From NCBI GenBank assembly GCA_032718475.1, contig JAUCBJ010002231.1:1-40517 (forward strand): 40,517 nucleotides of DNA, given 5' to 3'. The stretch comes from Nemertoderma westbladi (lineage: Eukaryota > Animalia > Xenacoelomorpha). The position numbers were made by a program, and so were the translations under genes. The notes under the pieces were generated by a model, which saw nothing but the letters and a program-made list of their open reading frames with translations, was not told where the DNA came from and ran no database searches. Below, piece by piece: positions 10,010-21,244 of this stretch (position 1 is the stretch's first letter; each line of letters opens with the position of its first letter).

Positions 10010-13000
10010 CTGTAAACAAAAAGGAAGGATAACTGACAACCTGTAAACAAAAGGGAAGGATAACTGACAACCTTTAAACAAAAGAGGAATATAACTGACA
10101 ACCTGTAAATAAAAGAGGAAGATAACTGACAACCTGTAAACAAAAGAGGAAGATAACTGACAACCTGTAAACAAAAGGGAAGGATTACTGACAACCTTTA
10201 AACAAAAGAGGAATATAACTGACAACCTGTAAATAAAAGAGGGAGATAACTGACAACCTGTAAACAAAAGAGGAAGATAACTGACAACCTGTAAACAAAA
10301 GGGAAGGATTACTGACAACCTTTAAACAAAAGATAAATATAACTGACAACCTGTAAATAAAAGAGGAAGATAACTGACAACCTGTAAACAAAAGAGGAAG
10401 ATAACTGACAACCTGTAAACAAAAGAGGAAGATAACTGACAACCTTTAAACAAAAGAGGAATATAACTGACAACCTGTAAACAAAAGGGAAGGATTACTG
10501 ACAACCTTTAAACAAAAGAGGAATATAACTGACCACCTGTAAATAAAAGAGGAAGATAACTGACAACCTGTAAACAAAAGAGGAAGATAACTGACAACCT
10601 GTAAACAAAAAGGAAGGATAACTGACAACCTTTAAACAAAAGAGGAATATAACTGACAACCTGTAAACTAAAGAGGAAGATAACTGACAACCTGTAAACA
10701 AAAGGAAAGGATAACTGACAACCTGTAAACAAAAGAGGAAGATAACTGACAACCTGTAAACAAAAGAGGAAGATAACTGACAACCTGTAAACAAAAGAGG
10801 AAGATAACTGACAACCTGTAAACCAAAGGGAAGGATAACTGACAACCTGTTAACAAAAGGGAAGGATAACTGACAACCTGTAAACAAAAGGGGAAGGATA
10901 ACTGATAACCTGTAAACAGAATGGAAGGATAACTGACAACTAACCTGTAAACAAAAGTGAAGGGTAACTGACAGCCTGTAAACAAGGGAAGGGTAACTGA
11001 CAAACTGTAAACAGAAGGGAAGGATAACTGACAACCTGTAAACCAAAGGGAAGGGTAAGTGATAACTTGTAAACAAAAAGGAAGGGTAACTGATAACTTG
11101 TACACAAAAGGGAAGGGTAACTAACAATCTGTAAACAAAAGGGAAGGGTAACTGACAAACTGTAAACAGAAGGGAAGGATAACTGACAACCTGTAAACCA
11201 AAGGGAAGGGTAAGTGATAACTTGTAAACAAAAAGGAAGGGTAACTGATAACTTGTACACAAAAGGGAAGGGTAACTGACAACCTGTAAACAGAAAGGAA
11301 GGGTAACTAACAACCTGTAAACAAAAGGGAAGGGTAACTGACAAACTGTAAACAGAAGGGAAGGATAACTGACAACCTGTAAACAGAAGGGAAGGGTAAC
11401 TAACAACCTGTAAACAAAAGGGAAGGGTAACTGACAACCTGTAAACAGAAAGGAAGGATAACTGACAACCTGTAAACCAAAGGGAAGGGTAAGTGATAAC
11501 TTGTAAACAAAAAGGAAGGGTAACTGATAACTTGTACACAAAAGGGAAGGGTAACTGACAACCTGTAAACAAAAATGAAGGGTAACTGATAACTTGTACA
11601 CAAAAGGGAAGGGTAACTGACAACCTGTAAACAGAAGGGAAGGGTAACTAACAACCTGTAAACAAAAAGGAAGGGTAACTGACAAACTGTAAACAGAAGG
11701 GAAGGATAACTGATAACCTGTAAACAAAAGGGGAGGGTAAGTGATAACTTGTAAACCAAAAGGGAAGGGTAACTGACAACCTGTAAACAAAAGGGAAGGT
11801 AACCGACAAACTGTAAACAGAAGGGAAGGATAACTGATAACCTGTAAACAAAAGGGGAGGGTAACTGATAACTTGTACACAAAAGGGAAGGGTAACTGAC
11901 AACCTGTAAACAAAAGGGAAGGTAACCGACAAACTGTAAACAGAAGGGAAGGATAACTGACAACTAACCTGTAAACAAAAGTGAAGGGTAACTGACAGCC
12001 TGTAAACAAGGGAAGGGTAACTGACAAACTGTAAACAGAAGGGAAGGATAACTGACAACCTGTAAACCAAAGGGAAGGGTAAGTGATAACTTGTAAACAA
12101 AAAGGAAGGGTAACTGATAACTTGTACACAAAAGGGAAGGGTAACTAACAATCTGTAAACAAAAGGGAAGGGTAACTGACAAACTGTAAACAGAAGGGAA
12201 GGATAACTGACAACCTGTAAACAAAAGGGAAGGGTAACTGATAACTTGTAAACAAAAAGGAAGGGTAACTGATAACTTGTACACAAAAGGGAAGGGTAAC
12301 TGACAACCTGTAAACAAAAATGAAGGGTATCTGATAACTTGTACACAAAAGGGAAGGGTAACTGACAACCTGTAAACAAAAATGAAGGGTATCTGATAAC
12401 TTGTACACAAAAGGGAAGGGTAACTGACAACCTGTAAACAGAAGGGAAGGGTAACTAACAACCTGTAAACAAAAGGGAAGGGTAACTGACAAACTGTAAA
12501 CAGAAGGGAAAGATAACTGACAACCTGTAAACAGAAGGGAAGGGTAACTAACAACCTGTAAACAAAAGGGAAGGGTAACTGACAACCTGTAAACAGAAAG
12601 GAAGGATAACTGACAAACTGTAAACAAAAGGGAGGGATAACTGACAACCTGTAAACAGAAAGGAAGGGTAACTAACAACCTGTAAACAAAAGGGAAGGGT
12701 GACTGACAACCTGTAAACAGAAGGGAAGGGTAACTAACAACCTGTAAACAAAAGGGAAGGGTAACTGACAACCTGTAAACAAAAGGGAGGGATAACTGAC
12801 AAACTGTAAACAAAAGGGGAGGATAACTGAAAGCTTGTAAACAAAAAGGAAGGGTAACTGATAACTTGTAAACAAAAAGGAAGGGTAACTGATAACTTGT
12901 AAACAAAAAGGAAGGGTAACTGATAACTTGTACACAAAAGGGGAGGGTAAGTGATAACTTGTAAACAAAAAGGAAGGGTAACTGATAACTTGTACACAAA

Positions 13001-15912
13001 AGGGGAGGGTAAGTGATAACTTGTAAACCAAAAGGAAGGGTAACTGATAACTTGTAAACAAAAAGGAAGGGTAACTGATAACTTGTACACAAAAGGGGAG
13101 GGTAAGTGATAACTTGTAAACAAAAAGGAAGGGTAACTGATAACTTGTAAACCAAAAGGAAGGGTAACTGATAACTTGTAAACCAAAAGGAAGGGTAACT
13201 GATAACTTGTAAACAAAAAGGAAGGGTAACTGATAACTTGTACACAAAAGGGGAGGGTAAGTGATAACTTGTAAACAAAAAGGAAGGGTAACTGATAACT
13301 TGTACACAAAAGGGGAGGGTAAGTGATAACTTGTAAACCAAAAGGAAGGGTAACTGATAACTTGTAAACAAAAAGGAAGGGTAACTGATAACTTGTACAC
13401 AAAAGGGGAGGGTAAGTGATAACTTGTAAACAAAAAGGAAGGGTAACTGATAACTTGTACACAAAAGGGGAGGGTAAGTGATAACTTGTAAACCAAAAGG
13501 AAGGGTAACTGATAACTTGTAAACAAAAAGGAAGGGTAACTGACAACCTGTAAACAGAAGGGAAGGATAACTGACAACCTGTAAACCAAAGGGAAGGGTA
13601 ACTGATAACTTGTAAACAAAAAGGAAGGGTAACTGATAACTTGTAAACAAAAAGGAAGGGTAACTGATAACTTGTACACAAAAGGGGAGGGTAAGTGATA
13701 ACTTGTAAACCAAAAGGAAGGGTAACTGATAACTTGTAAACAAAAAGGAAGGGTAACTGATAACCTGTAAACAGAAGGGAAGGGTAACTGATAACTTGTA
13801 CACAAAAGGGAAGGGTAACTGATAACTTGTACACAAAAGGGAAGGGTAACTGATAACTTGTAAACAAAAAGGAAGGGTAACTGATAACTTGTAAACAAAA
13901 AGGAAGGGTAACTGATAACTTGTACACAAAAGGGAAGGGTAACTGATAACTTGTAAACAAAAAGGAAGGGTAACTGATAACTTGTAAACAAAAAGGAAGG
14001 GTAACTGATAACTTGTACACAAAAGGGGAGGGTAAGTGATAACTTGTAAACCAAAAGGAAGGGTAACTGATAACTTGTAAACAAAAAGGAAGGGTAACTG
14101 ATAACTTGTACACAAAAGGGGAGGGTAAGTGATAACTTGTAAACAAAAAGGAAGGGTAACTGATAACTTGTACACAAAAGGGGAGGGTAAGTGATAACTT
14201 GTAAACCAAAAGAAAGGGTAACTGATAACTTGTAAACAAAAAGGAAGGGTAACTGACAACCTGTAAACAGAAGGGAAGGATAACTGACAACCTGTAAACC
14301 AAAGGGAAGGGTAACTGATAACTTGTAAACAAAAAGGAAGGGTAACTGATAACTTGTAAACAAAAAGGAAGGGTAACTGATAACTTGTACACAAAAGGGG
14401 AGGGTAAGTGATAACTTGTAAACCAAAAGGAAGGGTAACTGATAACTTGTAAACAAAAAGGAAGGGTAACTGATAACCTGTAAACAGAAGGGAAGGGTAA
14501 CTGATAACTTGTACACAAAAGGGAAGGGTAACTGACAACCTGTAAACAGAAGGGAAGGGTAACTAACAACCTGTAAACAAAAGGGAAGGGTAACTGATAA
14601 CTTGTACACAAAAGGGAAGGGTAACTGATACCTTGTACACAAAAGGGAAGGGTGACTGACAACCTGTAAACAGAAAGGAAGGGTAACTAACAACCTGTAA
14701 ACAAAAGGGAAGGGTGACTGACAACCTGTAAACAGAAGGGAAGGATAACTAACAACCTGTACACAAAAGGGAAGGGTAACTGACAACCTGTAAACAGAAG
14801 GGAAGGGTAACTAACAACCTGTAAACAAAAGGGAAGGGTAACTGATAACTTCTACACAAAAGGGAAGGGTAACTGATACCTTGTACACAAAAGGGAAGGG
14901 TGACTGACAACCTGTAAACAGAAAGGAAGGGTAACTAACAACCTGTAAACAAAAGGGAAGGGTGACTGACAACCTGTAAACAGAAGGGAAGGATAACTAA
15001 CAATCTGTAAACAAAAGGGAAGGATAACTGACAACCTGCAAACAAGGGAAGGGTAACTGATAACTTGTACACAAAAGGGAAGGGTAACTGATAACTTGTA
15101 CACAAAAGGGAGGGAAAACTGACAACCTGTAAACAAAAGGCGAGGGTAACTAATAACTTGTAAACAAGGGAAGGGTAACTGATAACTTGTACACAAAAGG
15201 GAAGGGTAACTGATAACTTGTACACAAAAGGGAAGGGTGTCTGACAACCTGTAAACAGAAAGGAAGGGTAACTAACAACCTGTAAACAAAAGGGAAGGGT
15301 AACTGACAACGTGTAAACAAAAGGGAAGGATAACTGACAACCTGTAAACAAAAGGGAATGATAACTGACAACCTGTAAACAAAAAGGGAGGGAAAACTGA
15401 CAACCTGTAAACAAAAGGCGAGGGTAACTAATAACTTGTAAACAAAAGGGAAGGGTAATTGACAAACTGTAAACAGAAGGGAAGGATAACTGACAACCTG
15501 TAAACAAAAGGGAAGGGTAACTGATAACTTGTAAACAAAAAGGAAGGGTAACTGATAACTTGTAAACAAAAGGGAAGAATAACTGACAACCTGTAAAAGG
15601 AATGGAAGGATAACTGATAATCTGTAAACAAAAGGGAAGGGTAACTGACAACCTGTAAACAGAAGGGAAGGATAACTGACAACCTGTAAACAAAAGGGAA
15701 GGGTAACTGACAATCTGTAAACAAAAGGGAAGGATAACTGACAAACTGTAAACAAAAGGGAGGGATAACTGACAACCTGTAAACAAAAGGGAGGGATAAC
15801 TGGCAACCTGTACACAAAAAGGAAGGGTAACTGACAACCTGTAAACAAAAGGGAGGGATACTTGACAACCTGTAAACAAAAAGGAAGGGTAACTGATAAC
15901 TTGTAAACAAAG
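9989..15912 (-). repeat. 31-bp minisatellite (~190 units) made of the intron 5 / exon 6 acceptor junction
   Basis: Sense unit TTTTGTTTACAG|GTTGTCAGTTA(C/T)CCTTCCC; the terminal unit is the real acceptor plus the first ~20 nt of exon 6. Confidence 0.96.
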
Positions 15913-15990
15913 GTAAGTGCTGTAGAAGGTAGGTGTTGTAGATGGTGGTATTCGCCACTATGCATTTATATACATCCAGTTTATACTAAC

Positions 15991-16248
15991 CAAAGCGTCA
16001 AGTCGTCCCGTAAAGTATTTCTTTATTAGCCTGGCGCTTGCAATCTGTTCTGGTGTAACTGGCGGCAGTTTAACCCATTCTTTGCCGGGTTCGTTACAAA
16101 CAAAGTAACTCTTCCTATTGGCCCCGGAACCCTTTTCTTCCTTGAGGATCACAGGGGGAGGTTTGTAAGTCGACTTGGGGAGCTCATCTTCTTCGCCTTC
16201 GTCGTCGGCGTCTTCGGGGTTCTCGTCTTCTTCTTTATCTTCATCTCC
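15991..16248 (-). CDS. RSPH4A: Radial spoke head protein 4/6 family, coding exon 5
   Basis: ttttcag|GGA...GCTTTG|gttagt, 258 nt, phase 0/0; [86 protein letters not shown]. Confidence 0.93.
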
Positions 16249-16269
16249 CTGAAAATAATAGCGTTGTAT

Positions 16270-16555
16270 CAGGGTTCCGGAGTCCTGATAAAATCGGAGG
16301 ACTCAGATTATTTTGGTTTATGAGATAAAATGTTAAATCGACTGACATGGAATCAGGAATGTTAAGTCAGTGAGTATGTAAGTCTGAAGGCAGGGTAAAT
16401 CGGATGACCGAAACAACAATACTGTACAGCTGTAAAGTACACTGAAGCATCATCAATAGTTAAAGTTACTGAAAGACAAACATGACTACATAATAACGCT
16501 AAATTTTGGAATCAGAGTCCAGAGGATTTTTTAGGATTCCGACTCCGGAACCCTG
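16270..16555. mobile_element. MITE with hAT-like CAGGG termini (286 bp)
   Basis: Perfect 15-bp TIRs CAGGGTTCCGGAGTC / GACTCCGGAACCCTG with imperfect extension (GGACTCAGATT / AATCAGAGTCC). No clean 8-bp TSD, so superfamily is tentative. Confidence 0.75.
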
Positions 16556-16644
16556 GTTGGAGTTGTAGAGACTAAGTTAATGCTGAAACAACTACCCCCT
16601 GTCCACCCCCTGCCGTTACAACTCCTCATTTCCACCCTGCAGTT

Positions 16645-19600
16645 ACAGCTCCACCTTACAGATACAGCTCCCAACTCCACCTTACAGATACAGCTCCCAG
16701 CTCTACCTTACAGATACAGCTCCCAGCTCCTCCTTACAGATACAGCTCCCAGCTCCACCTTACAGATACAGCCCCCAGCTCCAACTTACAGATACAGCCC
16801 CCAGCTCCACCTTACAGATACAGCTTCCAGCTCCACCTTACAGATACAGCTCCCAACTCCACCTTACAGATACAGCTTCCAGCTCCACCTTACAGATACA
16901 GCTCCCAGCTCCAACTTACAGATACAGCTCCCAGCTCCAACTTACAGATACAGCCCCCAGCTCCACCTTACAGATACAGCTTCCAGCTCCACCTTACAGA
17001 TACAGCTCCCAACTCCACCTTACAGATACAGCTCCCAGCTCCAACTTACAGATACAGCTCCCAGCTCCACCTTACAGATACAGCTCCCAGCTCCACCTTA
17101 CAGATACAGCTCCCAGCTCCACCTTACAGATACAGCCCCCAGCTCCACCTTACAGATACAGCTCCCAGCTCCTCCTTACAGATACAGGTCCCAGCTCCTC
17201 CTTACAGATACAGCTCCCAGCACCTCCTTACAGATACAGCTCCCAGCTCCACCTTACAGATACAGCTTCTAGCTCCACCTTACAGATACAGCTTCCAGCT
17301 CTATCTTACAGATACACAGCTCCACCTTACAGATACAGCTCCCAGCTCCACCTTACAGATACGCAGCTCCCAGCTCCACCTTACAGATACAGCTTCCAGC
17401 TCCACCTTACAGATACAGCTCCCAGCTCCACCTTACAGATACAGCCCCCAGCTCCACCTTACAGATACAGCTCCCAGCTCCACCTTACAGATACACAGCT
17501 CCCAGCTCCACCTTACAGATACAGCTTCCAGCTCCACCTTACAGATACAGCTCCCAGCTCCACCTTACAGATACAGCTCCCAGCTCCACCTTACAGATAC
17601 AGCTTCCAGCTCCACCTTACAGATACAGCTCCCAACTCCACCTTACAGATACAGCTCCCAGCTCCACTTTACAGATACAGCTCCCAGCTCCACCTTACAG
17701 ATACAGCTCCCAGCTCCTCCTTACAGATACAGCTCCCAGCTCCTCCTTACAGATACAGCTCCCAGCTCCACCTTACAGATACAGCTTCCAGCTCCACCTT
17801 ACAGATACAGCTCCCAACTCCACCTTACAGATACGGCTCCCAGCTCCACTTTACAGATACAGCTCCCAGCTCCACCTTACAGATACAGCTCCCAGCTCCT
17901 CCTTACAGATACAGCTTCCAGCTCCACCTTACAGATACAGCTCCCAGCTCCACCTTACAGATACAGCTCCCAGCTCCACCTTACAGATACACAGCTCCCA
18001 GCTCCTCCTTACAGATACAGCTCCCAGCTCCACCTTACAGATACAGCTTCCAGCTCCACCTTACAGATACAGCTCCCAACTCCACCTTACATTACAGCTC
18101 CCAGCTCCACTTTACTGATACAGCTCCCAGCCCCACCTTACAGATACAGCTCCCAACTCCACCTTACAGATACAGCTCCCAGCTCCTTCTTACAGATACA
18201 GCTTCCAGCTCCACCTTACAGATACAGCTTCCAGCTCCACCTTACAGATACAGCTCCCAACTCCACCTTACATTACAGCTCCCAGCTCCACTTTACTGAT
18301 ACAGCTCCCAGCCCCACCTTACAGATACAGCTCCCAACTCCACCTTACAGATACAGCTCCCAGCTCCTTCTTACAGATACAGCTCCCAGCTCCACCTTAC
18401 AGATACAGCTTCCAGCTCCACCTTACAGATACAGCTCCCAACTCCACCTTACATTACAGCTCCCAGCTCCACTTTACTGATACAGCTCCCAGCCCCACCT
18501 TACATATACAGCTCCCAACTCCACCTTACAGATACAGCTCCCAGCTCCTTCTTACAGATACAGCTCCCAGCTCCACCTTACAGATACACAGCTCCCAGCT
18601 CCACATTACAGATACAGCTCCCAGCTCCACCTTACAGATACAGCTTCCAGCTCCACCTTACAGATACAGCTCCCAACTCCACCTTACATTACAGCTCCCA
18701 GCTCCACTTTACTGATACAGCTCCCAGCCCCACCTTACAGATACAGCTCCCAACTCCACCTTACAGATACAGCTCCCAGCTCCTTCTTACAGATACAGCT
18801 TCCAGCTCCACCTTGCAGATACAGCTTCCAGCTCCACCTTACAGATACAGCTCCCAGCTCCACCTTACAGATACACAGCTCCCAGCTCCACCTTACAGAT
18901 ACAGCTTCCAGCTCCACCTTACAGATACAGCTCCCAGCTTCACCTTACAGATACAGCTCCCAGCTCCACCTTACTGATACAGCTCCCAGCTCCACCTCAC
19001 AGATACAGCTTCCAGCTCCACATTACAGATACAGCTCCCAACTCCACCTTACAGATACAGCTCCCAGCTCCACATTACAGATACAGCTCCCAACTCCACC
19101 TTACAGATACAGCTTCCAGCTCCACCTTACAGATACAGCTCCCACCTCCACCTTACAGATACAGCTCCCAGCTCCACCTTACAGATACAGCTCCCAACTC
19201 CACCTTACAGATACAGCTCCCCGCTCCTCCTTACAGATACAGCTTCCAGCTCCACCTTACAGATACAGCTCCCAGCTCCACCTTACAGATACAGCTCCCA
19301 ACTCCACCTTACAGATACAGCTCCCAACTCCACCTTACAGATACACAGCTCCCAGCTCCACCTCACAGATACAGCTCCCAGCTCCACCTTACAGATACAG
19401 CTCCCAACTCCACCTTACAGATACAGCTCCCAGCTCCCAGCTCCACCTTACAGATACAGCTCCCATGCTCCACCTTACAGATACAGCTTCCAGCTCCACC
19501 TTACAGATACAGCTCCCAGCTCCACCGTACAGATACACAGCTCCCAGCTCCACCTTACAGATACAGCTCCCAGCTCCCAGCTCCACCTTACAGATACAGC

Positions 19601-20355
19601 TCCACCTTACAGATACAGCTCCCAGCACCACCTTACAGATACAGCTCGCAGCTCCAACTTACAGATACAGCCCCCAGCTCCACCTTACAGATACAGCTCC
19701 CAGCTCCTCCTAACAGATACAGCTCCCAGCTCCTCCTTACAGATACAGCTCCCAGCTCTACCTTACAGATACAGCTTCCAGCTCCACCTTACAGATACAG
19801 CTTCCAGCTCCACCTTACAGATACAGCTCCCAGCTCCACCTTACAGATACACAGCTCCCAGCTCCACCTTACAGATACAGCTTCCAGCTCCACCTTACAG
19901 ATACAGCTCCCAGCTCCACCTTACAGATACAGCTCCCAGCTCCTCCTTACAGATACAGCCCCCAGCTCTTCCTTACAGATACACAGCTCCCATCTCCTCC
20001 TTACAGATACAGCTCCCAGCTCCACCTTACAGATACTGCTTCCAACTCCACCTTACAGATACAGCTCCCAGCTCCACCTTACAGATACAGCTCCCAGCTC
20101 CTCCTTACAGATACAGCCCCCAGCTCTTCCTTACAGATACAGCTTCCAGCTCCACCTTACAGATGCAGCTCCCAGCTCCACCTTACAGATACAGCTCCCA
20201 GCTCCTCCTTACAGATACAGCCCCCAGCTCTTCCTTACAGATATAGCTCCCAGCTCCTCCTTACAGATACAGCTCCCAGCTCCACCTTACAGATACAGCT
20301 CCCAGCTCCTCCTTACAGATACAGCTCCCAGCTCCACCTTACAGATACAGCTCCC
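16645..20355. repeat. 26-bp minisatellite (CCTTACAGATACAGCTCCCAGCTCCA)n, ~140 units, filling RSPH intron 4
   Basis: Directly visible; begins ~23 nt inside the exon 4 donor and does not overlap the exon. Confidence 0.97.
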
Positions 20356-20378
20356 CCCCATATTTCTTATAAACTCAC

Positions 20379-20526
20379 TTGTTCCTCGTCATCCTCCTCT
20401 TCTTCCCCCTCCCTGTATTCCACTTCCGCTATGACGTAATTTTTCTCCAATCCCAATATTTTGCCCCAGAATCGCACTGTCTGTAGGGGATGAGTGTCCG
20501 CTAAAGTCTTTAATGCAAAATAAATC
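20379..20526 (-). CDS. RSPH4A: Radial spoke head protein 4/6 family, coding exon 4
   Basis: ttttcag|G...GAACAA|gtgagt, 148 nt; (R)[49 protein letters not shown], with the family motif [13 protein letters not shown]. Not in the ORF track. Confidence 0.93.
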
Positions 20527-20542
20527 CTGAAAAGTAGACACA

Positions 20543-21160
20543 ATTATTATTATTATATTATTTAATCCGGACAGGCGTCCATAAATCAATCATTACTAGG
20601 GGAAGTATAATACAATCAATAAAACAATCAACAAATACTGCATAATATTAATTAACATAATATATAACAGCCGTGCAATTTATAAATTATTATTTAACAT
20701 TTATGCAAAATACGTGAGATCGGCCTGCAAGTACGGAATACAGCTTGCACCACGGAAATAGAAGGAGAAAGACTCTATTAGACTTATTTTATCCTTATGT
20801 ACGATATGACAAAATATCGGAATGTTGAGTAGGCCACCCGAAGTTTGTTGAAAACAATATTGGAGTAGTTGAGGGTGGACCACAAGATACAACAATAAAC
20901 CGATGTGCAATAGGCACGGAAAAGGCAGACTTTAATATTTAAAGAAGCACTACTAAATTTCCTAATAATAGTGTTCGCCCTAGCATACAGAGAGTGGGTT
21001 TGTTTAGTAATATTATCATCATCATCATCGGTAGACGAACGTAGTATATGGCCTAAGTATAAAAATCTATCAACAATGGGTATATCTGCACCATAAATAT
21101 GAATTGTTGTAGAAAGATACAATCTTCTGGAAGATCTTATTTTCATATTTCCAAAACGAC
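20543..21160 (-). mobile_element. 5'-truncated LINE fragment (CR1/L2-group, post-RT C-terminus and 3' UTR)
   Basis: ORF 20784-21164 contains FLYLGHIL...DDDNITKQTHSLYARANTIIRKFSSASLNIKVCLFRAYCTSVYCCILW...NKLRVAY, typical of L2/CR1-group ORF2 ends; 3' end TATGGAC..GTCCGGATTAAA followed by a (TAA)n tail. Confidence 0.75.
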
Positions 21161-21244
21161 TCAAATTATTATCTTGTAAAATATTAGATTACGACACACA
21201 GTACGAAAATTGTATTCAAAAATGTAAACTGTATTTTTCTGACA

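Noticed and set aside
9952-15965. Many long hydrophobic ORFs (up to 797 aa) on the minus strand
   Set aside because: Translations of the 31-bp array, open in all three frames; only 9871-10009 is a real exon.
16580-19713. ORFs with LQIQLPAPPYRYS repeats and their antisense counterparts
   Set aside because: Translations of the 26-bp minisatellite.
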